This document shows positions 25,166-39,235 of a DNA stretch of 64,000 nt, piece by piece; position 1 is the first letter of the stretch; every line of letters begins with the position of its first letter. The translations under genes were made by a program, and so were the position numbers. Under the pieces are notes generated by a model. That model saw only the letters and a list, made by a program, of their open reading frames with translations, did not search any database and had not been told where the DNA came from. The DNA is from Marsupella aquatica. Lineage: Eukaryota; Plantae; Marchantiophyta. The DNA is taken from positions 19,270,754 through 19,334,753 of the forward strand of contig OZ316896.1 of NCBI GenBank assembly GCA_973895155.1, read 5' to 3'.

Positions 25166-27011
25166 ATGGCGCTCGCGAGCACCTCCGTAGCGATGGCTGG
25201 AGTCTCAGCCGTGTTCGCGTCGCAACCAGGTGCTCGATGCAACGCAGAGCCGTGCTTCCCCTCCACCTCCGCCGCAGTCTCCACCAACACGAGCAGCGTG
25301 AAGTTCCCCATCCGGCAGCTCAAAATCGAACCCATCGAGAATGTGAATGTGTCCAGCAGCAGCAGTACCAGTGATGGCACTGGGAGGCCCGCAATTTTAG
25401 ACCCGGCGTTGCAGTGCGCCAATCTGATGTGGTTCAAGGGCTCGTACAACACCCAAATTTTCGTCTCCGAGGATGAGCCTGCTGATTCCGTCGTCAGACG
25501 GTTCCGCAAGGCGGTCATGCAGGTGTTGCGTGTGCTCTTTCGTTTCCATTGTCTTCAGTCTCCTCTCCTTGTCGTCTTTTCCGCTCTTTTTGCGTTCTAC
25601 ATTGAGTAGGTTTCCGCTATATGAGGATTAAGACGAGTTCTGCCATTCTGCTCCTCCTGAAATCCGTGCGTTGGTCCCTCTGTTCCATAGGCTGGAGTGA
25701 TTCCGGAATGTCGCCGCAGACGGTTTTTCGAGACGCCTCAGGATATTGCTAAGCGCAAGTTGCAAGCTGCACAGCGACGCAACAAGTCGAGGTTAGTCGG
25801 CCTAAAGGTTTTCGCCTGAAGTGTTAAGGAGTAGTGGAGTCACTTCAGATGTGAGGCAGATTGCTGTGCATTTTCAATCCCTTCCTACTACACGCAGATT
25901 GTTCTATGTTCTGGCCATTAGGATCGTGCACGCAGATTTATGAGGGACGGTGCTGACAGATTTTTAAATTTTTTTGTGGTAATTCTTGAATGGTTGAGTT
26001 CCAACAGTTTTTTTTGTGGGCAGATCACACGAAAATCTAATGATCTAATGCAGTCATCGTAACACAATTAGGATTATAAGAGTTCTAAATGTTCCTACAG
26101 CAGCGGATTAGGTGAATGGCCTAATTATCAACTTACCAATTCGCACTTTGGGCCAAACACTTAGTGTCAAGGGGTTACGAAATCTGTGTATTTCAAAATT
26201 TTACTAGTCGACTCGCACCAGTGGCTTGGGATTGTGTTATGTGGCAAGCCAATCACATCATCTGATCCGAGTGGGATTCCCTTTCGTAGTCTCTGGTTTA
26301 TCATAGCAACATTGTGGTCTTACCCCTTTGCCTGCTCACAACAAACAATTATTGTCTGCGTGTATGATCCGACTCCCCTGTACACTGCTTGAATTATTAA
26401 AATGTACATGCACCCTATGTTGAGATCATCTTCAGTCAGCAGCCAGCTGTGCGATCTGCTCGATTGGCAGCCGTTGTATCGTTCCCTCCTGTCTACATTA
26501 AAGGTCTGCAATATGTATTCGAGAGCGTCATTGCATCATCTCTGAAGATTGCAAGGTATCCTTGCTTGAGCAGTGGTTTTGGTCCTTTGACTTCTAGTAG
26601 CTGATCGAGGGAGAATTTCCTCTCGCCGAAGGGGAACCTGGAACCCGTAATGAGCTTCAGCTTTGTTAATGATGTTGCGATGTTTTATGATATTATGCAG
26701 TGGAGCTATTTGTCGATCATAATGTCAGTGATTTATGTACAAAGATGCCAGTGCCTGTGTTCTTTCTCGGAGTTATGGAGTTTATGCCACAGTGGTAGAG
26801 AAGGTGCCCCGACTATTTTCAGGTGCTCCTGTCCGTCCCTTCCGATTTGGATAGTGGACAGAACGATTGAAGCCATTGCTACCCGGATGTACTTTGCAGG
26901 CGTTTCACTCCTCGACCGGAATTTGGAGCCGATAAGAAAGAAGGGGGAGGGGCAGCTGCAAAAGGAAACGACGATGATGACTACTGGGGCTACACTGAGG
27001 AGACATCTTGA
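25166..27011 (+). CDS. RPS21: Nuclear-encoded plastid ribosomal protein bS21 (GHS1-like), 3 exons
   Basis: Exon 1, 25166-25522, has a Ser/Ala-rich transit peptide then SYNTQIFVSEDEPADSVVRRFRKAVMQ. Exon 2, 25691-25791, reads AGVIPECRRRRFFETPQDIAKRK. Exon 3, 26900-27011, reads RFTPRPEF...DDDDYWGYTEETS*. All junctions are GT-AG and in phase. Confidence 0.9.
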
Positions 27012-27839
27012 AGCACGTAGGGTGTATACACTTGATTGAGACTTTCGGCATAGATCTAGTTTTAAGTTCTCCGTTCTACTCTCTATTGCAGTGTCAAGCA
27101 TACAGATTAGTAGTGACTCTGACCGGTATGAATTTTACCACTCGTTAGACATGAACTCATGTTTTTTGACACACTGCCTTTTCTAGGGATCTCGATGGGA
27201 AATTTCTCGGTCCATGCACCTCACGAGACCATCCTCGCTACAGTTCCTCCGCCTATGAAAAGATGAAATCTTGCTTGGCTTATTTTTCCATCTCCTGGAG
27301 TATGTCTTGTGCATGACATGAATCCTCAAAGATTTTTCTTCTCTACTTTTCGTATCTCGTCTGAGGAAATGCTGTGTCGTAAGGAATCTCCGGTTCATAT
27401 AAGGTCGTTTGATTGTAAAGGCGCTGTTGGTAAAGAGTCAAGACTTTGAGACTACGTCTTACTTCTTTGGATCTCGCCCCAGGCTCGATATTTTCCATGA
27501 ATTGGGTTCGGTCAGTAAGGGAGCCTAGAACGTCAAGTGTCTGTATGTCTTGTTAATGCACACCTGTACTATCGGTAGTAGCAACTGAATTGCTCTTCTG
27601 ATTGGTATTCTTCTACCTTCCAGTCTGAGAAAAGAAAACGATTGAACCTCCGTCAGTAACTTTTGGTAGAAGAAGCGAGGAAGATATAATGGTCCCTAAA
27701 ATAGGACCTCACTGCCAAACCTATTATAATCTGCAGTCTATAATCTGCAAGCATTCATGATAATCCTTCTTCCACTGTTCTTAAATCTTTGGCTGGGATC
27801 CTAAGGGGCCGTTGGTCCAAGCTATTTAAGATCTGCTGG

Positions 27840-29560
27840 TGAGTCAGTATGGCATTGGATTTTGTTAATCAATACTTGCCTACATTGAGGATTACCATGA
27901 ATGCTTGCAGACACAACTTTACCATAGCCCATCCGAAGGACTGGCAGTAACGAAGGATACGCCAATGTCATTTAGTGTTTAACATCCTTTTTTCCAATTA
28001 CGTGAAGTCGTGGATTGCAGGTAATGTTTTGGTACGCATTTAAAGCTCTGTGGTATTCTCCAGCACCTTCCCCTCGGCATCAATGTCGTCGCGGAAGCCA
28101 GCTGGTAATTTACCGGAGGTTACCCTAAACTTTATCTTGTACAACAGGAAATATACGACTGACTTCACCACGTCATACCATACACAAAACTTGACTAGGA
28201 TTTGAGAAATCACGAGAATCATCTTGCGTCGGACGTCTGTACTTTTTTTGGAGCTGTGAAGTCAATGCATGGTTTGAAAACCGCGAGAGGTACAAAGCTT
28301 GGCATGTGTTCTGTTTGTGGCGGCAATCCTTTCTTACCGGGAGGAAGACTCCCTTCCAAATATCCATCTTGCAGGGGCCGGTTTTCTGCATCCATGAATC
28401 CACTCGAAATCCGCTTCGCTTCTGTGCATGTGAATTTCAGATGTAACAATGGTGTCGAGCCACAATTAGATCCCCCGGTGTGCCATAGAATGGTAACTTT
28501 TTGGATTCAAGTAGATGTGAATCATAACCTGATTACGCAACAAAACGTCATCGGGAACAAACGAAAGTTTCTGACAATTATCTTAACAGCCACCTACGGT
28601 TCTACAATTTGCCTATGGTCATTTCTGGTCCTGCGCTAGACATGGACTTGAGATTCAATATTGGAGACAATGCTGATCCATGGCAGAAGGTGAGGCACAT
28701 TGATGCAATGATAAAACTGAACTGTGTTGTCCAGAAGCCATTTTGTAGGAACTTTTAGTAGGAGTAGCTGGCTGCAGCTGTACTGAGAGTTACCAATACA
28801 CCATGATGGTGCAGTTGCTGGATGTAGAGGAGGAATGGATACTTCTATGATGATGCTCTAGCCAACATCTTCATTGCACCTGAGACTGATAAGTATGAAG
28901 CAGACCGCCAGTTGACGATTAACTGTCTCAGTCTCAAGGGATTCCTTTGTGTCTTGAAGCATGGACCCGAGGCTGCTTTGATGAAGAATAAGCAAGAACG
29001 TCGCAGCAAGATGCGGACCTTGGGCTCCATACATCATCTGCAAATGCGGCCACGATACTCCAAAAGTTTAAGTTCCGGCAAGTTATCATTAGGTTCCACC
29101 TCAAGTAGTTTCCCTTGTGTTCGGTAACAGGTGTAGTGGTAATGCGTCATCTGTAACAGTAGGTGACGTATGTGTTCTCATCTTCAAATTGGGAGAATGG
29201 TGTCCGATATGTCGTCCGAGTTACGCTGAGTCAAATTTTCCGTCTCCTTACGTTTATCTAGCGAAATCAGCATATTCTTTGGTGACAAAATTTGAACACA
29301 TTGCTCATTACTAGCGAGGAAATCTTGTTGAAAATCCTCATGGTACTCTTTAAGGTCACGTAAAGGTTGCATACAAATGCTGTCAGTCTCGTTTTCAATC
29401 CCGCTTTTGGGCTCTGGCTGAACCTTTGGAATACAGTCTTGTCCAAAAAGTTAAATTCCATAACAGCTCATCCCCGAAGACAAGTTATCGGATCGTTTTA
29501 AAGATAACTCGCAAACAACTTTGCTACCGAGCAGGGAATCTCTAACCATGTGGGACTTCT
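27840..29560 (+). pseudogene. Unidentified decayed coding-like sequence
   Basis: Gene-like composition with CpG retained. Protein-like plus-strand frames are broken by scattered stops and frameshifts, e.g. FWSCEVNAWFENRERYKAWHVF, HLRFYNLPMVISGPALDMDLRFNIGDNADPWQKVRHIDAMIK, RNGYFYDDALANIFIAPETDKYEADRQLTINCLSLKGFLCVLKHGPE and FWALAEPLEYSLVQKVKF. No family recognised. Confidence 0.35.
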
Positions 29561-30220
29561 TAGGCGATAACAATAATCACCAAAGACTCTCGTGTGGAGT
29601 AAAGCACAAGTCTGCTCGTGCCTCATCGTCCCTTTAAAAGCATTTTTGTCTGCCGAGGGTGTCCAATAGGTGCCTGTGACTCACTTTCAAGCCAAGCTCC
29701 GGGATCAATGTAACCTTCCATGAAAATAGATCTAGAGAATCCTGTAGCAGTACTGACGACCCTTTTGAAATCCTATCACGCAGCTAGAAACAACCTAACG
29801 TGCTCGTTTCGTCCATATGATACAGTCTAATGAAAGAGCAGTCTACATTCCTTCTCCAATGATCGATGCAACTGTCCGTCGTGGCGAAACAAATGTATCA
29901 GGCCGTTTCAATTGTTCTGAAACTCTTCCTTGTCTTGCACTTGGACAATAACAGACTCGAGGTGAGAAACCATTCCCCAAAATTCTCTAATCATAACTGT
30001 CAAACGATTCTTTTGGATGTCTCCTCTGTATGTACGTTCCCTCTTTCAGACAGTACTGGCCCAAGCTAACAGTGTTTCAGGAACTTAAGACTAGTTTTGA
30101 TGTTCAGGCAAGTTCATGTAGACGTTCTGGACTCTTCTTAAGAAACTCAATCGTTATTTTGCATCGAGCGATCCTCCTCCGTGCGAACATTGAGACAGCC
30201 CAGGTCTAACCTCGATCTGA

Positions 30221-31811
<1,591 letters not shown>

Positions 31812-32220
31812 CTAAACCCAAATCAAACCTCTTTACTCAAGGCCAAACCTCTCCATCTCTCTCCACACTAAGAATCCGAGCATCCGACTGACATGTCTTC
31901 TCTGGATCTTTTGACCAAGTTCGAGTCAATTGATAAGTGAATCGAAGGCCCGTCTCCTCCTCTAGCTCTAGCTCTAGCTCTAGCTCATAGCCGCAGACCT
32001 TGCAATTGACAACTTTCTTCTCGTGTGGAATAATGGGATGCTGCGTCTTCATTAAGTGGACCTTCAGTGAAAGAAAGCAGAAAAGTCTTTGGGCTGCGGA
32101 AATGAGTCTCCCAACTTCCTCAAAGTCATCACAATTGGTCTGCCAGACTCACCTTTGCACTCATAGAAAAATTTACCCAAGTTTCCCCCACAAGTTGTTG
32201 GAATAAAAAAGTGTCCTTAA

Positions 32221-32497
32221 GTTTACCTAATCACACTTACTAACCCGTTACCGCCTAATTAGTATTAGTAACCCGATTACCTTTCACAGCAAGTATCATG
32301 AACACCCCTGCTTATGCGTAGGAAGGGCTCCAGGTAGTTTGCCCAATCACACTTACTAACCCGAGTACCCTTTAAGTATCCTGAACACCCCTACTTATGC
32401 AAAGGAAGGGCTCCCTGTAGTTTGCCTAATCACACTTACTAACCCCACTACTTTTCAAGTATCCTGAGCACCCCTGCTTATGCATAGGAAGGCTCCC
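32221..32497. repeat. ~83-bp tandem repeat, ~3 copies
   Basis: Repeated TTTGCCTAATCACACTTACTAACCC...AAGTATCCTGAACACCCCTGCTTATGC..AGGAAGGGCTCC. Confidence 0.85.
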
Positions 32498-32865
32498 CTT
32501 ACCCAAGGTTCCTCATGCCTGGCCTTACTCACAAGCATAGTCTAAATATGAAAACTTGTTGTGACCAGAGAAATTTCCACCTAAGGCTTCACTCTAAGGA
32601 GTTGGTCATTATCGAGTCTGATCCCATATCATTGTATAGAAGATATAGATTACCAATTTACCCCTCCAAGCTGTTGAAACTAGGAAATGCCCTAAAAGTT
32701 TGCCTAATTACGGTTACTAACCATCATGGAGCACTAAACTTCCCTGCCCTACATTTCCTGTGCCTCGTCACCTCTCTTTCCCACAATGGTCTTGGGGTTG
32801 CACATGATCTATTATTCTTTATCGGATGTCCCTGAAGGAACATCATCTATTATTTTTATAAGCTA

Positions 32866-33825
32866 CTAGCTCAATACTTGTGCGTTGCACAAAAGAAGTC
32901 GTGTAGGCCAAGATGTCATTGAGAAAAAATGATGTAGTGTCAGCCAAGAGGTCGTGGAGAAAAAAGATGTAGTGTTGCCTAGGAGGTCGTGGAGAGAAAA
33001 GATGTCGTGTTGCCCAAGAGGTTGTGGAGAGAAAAGATATTGTGTTGCCCAAGAGGTCGTTGAGAGAAACGATGCCATGTCGCTCAAGAGGTCGTTGAGA
33101 GTAAAGATGTCGTGTCGCCCAAGAGGTCATTGAGAGAAAAGTAGTTGTGTTGGTCAAGATGTCGTTGAGAAAAAACGATGTTGTATTGGCCAAGAGGTCG
33201 TTGAAAGAAAAACTGTAGTGTCAACCAAGAGGTCGTGGAGAAAAAAGATGTCTTGTCACCCAAGATATCGTTGAGAAAAAATTGTCATGTTGGCGAAGAT
33301 GTTGTTGAGAAAAAAACGTTGTGTCGGCCAAGACATCGTTCACGGAAAATACCCGTGCGTTGCACAAAAGATGTTGTTAAGAAATAAGATGTCGTGTTGC
33401 CCAAGATGTTGTTAAGTGAAAGATGTCACAAAGTAAAAAGATGACTTTAAAAAAAGTAGTTTTGCCAAACAAGCCATTGTGTGAAAGATGTTATTAAGGA
33501 AAATGTGTCATTTTGCCAAAGATATCGTGAAGTAAAAGATGTTAAAAGAAAAATGGTGTTGTTTCACCCAAGCTATAGTTCTCTGAAAGATGTTATGAAA
33601 TAAAAAATCAAGGAAACTAAGAAGGAGTGAGTCTTTTTCTTTGTTTTGTTTTTTTACCCAAAATGCCCATGCATTTGAATGGTGACCACTATAAATTGGA
33701 GCAACGTTATATTATCGGTTTCAGGTTTAGTGTTTTAGGGTTTAGCAAAGATGATCATTCTCTCGATATCCTTTCAATCCCCGTGCGTTGCATAATAGAT
33801 GTTGTTTGGTTAAAGATGTTGTTGA
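32866..33825 (-). mobile_element. Helitron 3' end with internal 35-bp minisatellite (continues after 37447)
   Basis: The minus strand reads TTGTGC-AAC-GCACAA (hairpin, 32892-32878), an 8-nt spacer, then CTAG|T, the canonical Helitron 3' terminus. Further GTGCGTTGCA copies occur near 33355 and 33783. A 35-bp array GATGTCGTGTTGCCCAAGAGGTCGTGGAGAGAAAA spans ~32897-33600. Confidence 0.7.
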
Positions 33826-36800
33826 TGTTAGACTCTACCTCTGACCGGACGACCGGACCAGCCGGTCATCCGACTACCCCATATGTACTCTCATTCATGA
33901 CTATTCAGATGATCATTAGCATTCACTCTATACTACGTTATCAGCACGAAAGCTCAACGAGCGGAGCAGAGAAGCGAGAATCGAGAATCATAAGAAACAG
34001 ATCGATAAGGCTTAAAGGAAAGGATAGGGGCGATGAATGCCCGATGACGAATGCATCATGATTAACCTAGACAACTCAGGATCGAGAAGAAAGAAGAACG
34101 CTTTTGCAGAGGAACGTGGTTGATACAAACGTGAGCCTTTTTCAAAAATTGAAAGAAGACGCAGCGCAGGAATGGACCCGGCGCTATCAGACATAACCGC
34201 AGTACCGAGAGGTTGAAAGCAGCAAATGCGATATCACCCCCGCAAAGAACGTGATACAGAAATGAAAGATTGAAGCGCAATCGAAATTACCACGATAATT
34301 GAAGGAAATGAAAGAGAGCCCTGGATGAAGAAACGACAGTCCTCGGCCCTGGATGAAGTTAAAAAAAAAAACAGCGAAAGAAAGATCAAAAGGCAGCCCG
34401 ATGGAGCCTTTGTAGAAATAAGGCAAGGGAGGACTGCCACACGATTTTTCGGCACAACGTCTGACTCAATCTCAAGGCATTTTCGCAATCACACTTCCTG
34501 CTTTGCAGCCCAGAAGTGACAATACTACGAGGCGCTCAACATCTGATTGTCTCATCACCGGAGATCATTAAAGGCGCAATGCAGAACACGATGAGGGGCC
34601 ACATGCTGAGAAAAATTGATAAGGAGACTACATAAAGAGGTGATGGAGATTTTAGAAACGGTAGGAGTTAAAGGAGTGCAAGAGATGAAACAAAAAGCCA
34701 TGGCGAAATGAGGCTGGAGCTGCAGCAGAGATCGTAGAGGAGCCCGGAAGGAGGTCGTTGAAACCAAAATTTCGCAACATCAATCGAAAAACGTCGAGAA
34801 ACCGCTGCTAAGTGCAAAACCCTCTTTAAGTGCAAACTCCGTCAAAGAGATTTCAGTTACAAAGGAAAAGTTGCACTTAACCATAAATGCAAAACCTAAG
34901 CGCACATCCGCATAACTGCACACCGTAACCAAGAAAAATTTACTTTACAAAGCCGCATGTGCACTTAACCAAGTCACGAGTATATTACCACCCATAACTG
35001 CATAAACTGCACAATTCCATTACTGTACAGTTTAACAAAGGAAAAAGAAAATACAAAGGAAACTTTGCTGTTAACCAAATAGCAAGGAAAACCTAAATCC
35101 TAAGTGTAAACCCTAAAATCAAATTTCGGATTTGCATGCTCTCTCCACCCAGCCCCACTTTGCATGCCGCAGAAATGTGTTTTGTCGTTTCTTACTATAC
35201 TTGCTAGTATATAAGCCTCCATTACCATTAAAAGGAATCAAGCCACCAACCCGATGACCAACCTAGAGAAATTAACATTTCCAACCCTAGACATCAATGG
35301 TAGCAACTACCTGGAATGGTCAATGAACCTCAGAGAGAACCTTACCTCGCTAACCCTACTCCCAGCTATAGGAATGGCTCAACCTATACTAGCTAGCGAA
35401 CCCCAACCTGACGCGTTAACTAAAGCCAACAAATCTAAGACCCTTGTATTCCTTAGACACCATATCCATAAATTCCTACAAAGACAATACATGCACCTCT
35501 CAACCCCCCGTGAACTTTGGACAGCGCTCCAAACCTGATTCGACCACCAAAAACTGGTCGAACTACCTAAAGCCAGGCAAGACTGGCTAAACTTGCGAGT
35601 CCAGGACTTTACCTCTATTTCAGCCTACAATAGCGAACTCTTTAGAATAACATCAACCCTCGCACTATGTGGCGAGCCGGTCACAGACAAGGATCTGCTA
35701 GAGAAGACCTTGTCGATATTTCATTCATCGAATGTGTGGCTATCAACACAGTATCGAAACATGAAGTTCGGGCAATACTCCGAGCTCATAGCCCACCTCC
35801 TAGTCACCGAAAGAAACCAAGAACTTCTCTTAGTAAACTCTAAAAAATGACCTGCGGGCACACTGCCCTCAGGACAACAGAATGAAACCCATAACATAGA
35901 AAATGCTGAACCCTCCACATCGAGGCAAGGCATTAAGCGCACTAAGAATGGCAACCGAAGAAACACCCACAATAAGGGGAGTTTCTATAACCAATGTCCA
36001 CAATATAACTCCCAACGGACCTTTAGAGGACGTGGAGGACGTGGTGGACGAGAAGGACGTGGAGGACGCGGAGGACGAGGAGGACGTGGTGGATGTGGTG
36101 GACGTGGAGGACGCGACGGTGGAAAAACATATAACAACAATCGTAGAAACGATTGGTCACAATCCCGACAACAACGGGAACGACCGAAATGCCATGAATG
36201 TGGCATGACAAACCACCTAGCGAGAAACTGTAGAATCCCGCAACACCTTAGGGAACTATATAAACGGTCCATCCAGGATGGACAAACCTCTAGGCCACCA
36301 CCCCGTGAAACCCACGGGGCGTTTATGGAGTCTAGTGACCCATTCCAAGACTTTTCAGACCTACCCGCCCAACCTGAGGCACACTTAGTGGCAAGTAGCT
36401 CCACTACACCAGATTTAAATAGTCCAAGCACATGTATTATCGACAGTGCGACCACGCATACTATCCTCAAGGATAGGCACTTTTTCCACAAGATTACACC
36501 CTCACGTAGATCCCTGACCACTATAAATGGCCCTAGCCAAATAGAAGAAGGCTTCGGCCCAGCTTCCATTAGACTACCGCAGGGTACAGCGATTCACATA
36601 GAATCTGTCATTTCGCCCCGAACGCAACCCGTAATCTCCTCAGCTTTAGAGATATACGAGCAAATGGACTACATGTCCAGACGGGCGATACAAGAGACCA
36701 GGAAGTGATACACTTGGTTAAAAATACCCCTACGGAGAAAATCATTAAAGAAACCATTTTCTTGTACCCCTGCGGGTTTTATGTAACTCATATTGAATGT

Positions 36801-37442
36801 CTGCATAACAATGCCAACACAAGTGAATTGCACGCGCTTTGGCATGCACGCCTCGGCCACCCCGGCCAATCAATGCTAACCAAAATCATTAAGAATTCAA
36901 GAGGCATTCCAATCAATACACGCCACATTCCAGCAAGCACCCCATGCACTGCATGCTCACGCGGCAAACTAATAACAAGGCCCACGACATCAAAATTGCC
37001 AACTAAAATACCCCAATTCTTGGAAATAATCCATGCAGATGTTTGCGGGCCAATTAACCCACCAAGCGGACCTTTCCGCTACTTTATGGTATTAATCGAC
37101 ACATCCACTAAATGGTCAAATGTGACCCTGCTTTCAACGAGGAACATGGTTATGCCTCGCATTTTGGCGCAAATCTTGCGCGTGAAAGCACAATTCCCAG
37201 ATCACCCCATTAAGACACTCAGGGTGAACAATGCAGGGGAATTCACATCCGAAACATTTGACGACTTTTGCACATCACTTGGCATAGACGTACAATATCC
37301 TGTACCCCACGTGCATTTCCAGAACGGATTAGCTGAATCTTAGGTCTCAAATGAAAAAATTGAAATCTCAGGTCAACGGACTACCCTATATGTACTCTCA
37401 TTCATGACTATTCAAATGATCATTAGCATTCACTCTATACTA
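33826..37442 (+). mobile_element. Ty1/copia LTR retrotransposon, Bianca-like, internally deleted
   Basis: 5-bp TSD GTTGA at 33821-33825 and 37443-37447. The 5' LTR is 33826-33935 (TG...TA) and the PBS is CGTTATCAGCACGA at 33936-33949. A 3' LTR remnant ~37370-37442 matches the 3' part of the 5' LTR. Gag-pol lies between them. Confidence 0.9.
35254..37343 (+). pseudogene. Degenerate copia gag-protease-integrase; RT and RNase H deleted
   Basis: Gag N-terminus MTNLEKLTFPTLDINGSNYLEW and RVQDFTSISAYNSELFRI...LLEKTLSIFH resemble Bianca-type gag. It has an RGG tract, zinc knuckle CHECGMTNHLARNC, protease IIDSATTHTIL, LWHARLGHPG, CTACSRGK and integrase IHADVCGP...VNNAGEF...QNGLAE. TGA stops occur at 35536 and 35848, with a frameshift near 36620. 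Confidence 0.9.
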
Positions 37443-39235
37443 GTTGAGAAATAGATCGTACATGGTGCAAAAGATAATAGTTGAATAAAAATAATAATTG
37501 TTAAAATACATTATTATACAAAAACTTTTGTTGAGTGAAAGATATCATTGTGCAAAATAGAAATTGGGGTCCATGCAAGATAACTAAAAATTAATTAACT
37601 TCCAAAGAGTTAAATCTCCTTTTTAAGAGCAAAAGCCAAAATAATATAATGTCAACCTACTCTCTTCCCCTTAGTGCTCGCTCCCTACCAAAACCATTAT
37701 CTCAAGTAAATCTTTTCACTTTCATGTCCCATGCCAAATGTACTCTAAATTAATAGACCATAAAATAATATACTTACACTTTAATGCTCCATGCCAAAAA
37801 GTATTGTAAGCAAGCTACAAAATAACTACAGTAACATATGCAAGTACTCTATGACATATTATATCAACCTTGTACTATAACTTAGATACCTATCTTGTAC
37901 TATAACTTCCAGCCAATTTTAGGTTCCCATCTCACTCAATCCAAGAGCCATAAATAATTCTAGAAAATATCTGATGGCTTAGTTTTGTTCCTTCCTTTTT
38001 CATTTTTGTAACGGGAAGAAGGACTAAAACTGGCGGGATTAGTTATTATAGTAATAGATGTGCAAAACTGTCAGGCTCTCGTCTTATCATGCCCATGGAT
38101 TACCCAAAATGAGACGTAGTATCCAATTAAGTACCCCCTCAAGATAAAGACCATATGATATTGACCATAAGTGGGACCCTTATTCTATGCTGAGATATTC
38201 ACTACCTTGCCACTCATTTTTCTCAAAGTTTGTACTCGGCCATAGGTGTAGTTACTATGTTGCCAAATGTTTTTACTCCTGGTTAAGCAAAGTAAAGCTC
38301 TATGCCTCCAGGGGGTTTTAAAACCCTACACCTCCGCCTCCCCACACAGATGGTCTACCAGTACACCCATAGGCTGCTGGACGGAAAGGCAGGTCTCATT
38401 CCTGGCATTCAACTTGATATCATTGCGCGTGGTCAAGGGATCCCTCTATTCTAGAAAGACCCAGACCAATTGAAAAATGATTTGAGCTCAAGTCCAATGG
38501 ATCTCAATCCTAAAAGGCAGACAGTGTTGACCTGAGAGAATTGACCAGAGTTGGTCATTGCCCTTCTTTCCCAATCTACATGTGCAACACCATGTGGTGC
38601 TATTAAGGATAGGTCATGAGAGTGACCTCAAAAGAGAATGGAGACCTTGTGAGTTATGGCACATGAGATGGGACCAGCGTGAATTGACACAAAAGCGCAA
38701 AAGATTGAACTCCAAATAATCAAAGCATTTTCACAAATCAACTTTTAACTACTTTGCCACTCAACATGTTCTGGTTGACAATATTTTTTGTGTCAATTGG
38801 TCAATTGTCACCGTCTTTTTTTGTATTGACAAATTGTCATAGTTTTGTACATTGAATACAAGTTCACCAACTTAACCAGGGTAACCATACAATATAAAGT
38901 CACGACGATTAATTTGAAAATCTTAGCCGAAGCAGGCATGGTTCGTGACAATCAACATGATGTTGGATGGAACTTGCTACCAGTAGCTTGAAATGACCAC
39001 TCCACTTCAATTTTCAATTTTCATAAGTTTTATTTTAAGATTTTCATAAGATTTACATTCAAGATTAGTTTTTTGTTTGCCTGTTTTGGGAGTGGACAAT
39101 TTTTCAGAATGTTATATTTGCTAAATATGAATTCCTTGTATGTGGCGTGGGTTGAACTAGAAGCTCCTGTTCACACTGTAGAATCCCAATCAGTTTGCTA
39201 GACTTAAAGCCTACATATAAATGCATAAGTTGTTG

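Noticed and set aside
28020-28700. In-frame stops repaired by U-to-C RNA editing (organellar insert)
   Set aside because: There is no similarity to plastid or mitochondrial genes that I can recognise, and frameshifts are also present. Ordinary mutational decay is simpler.
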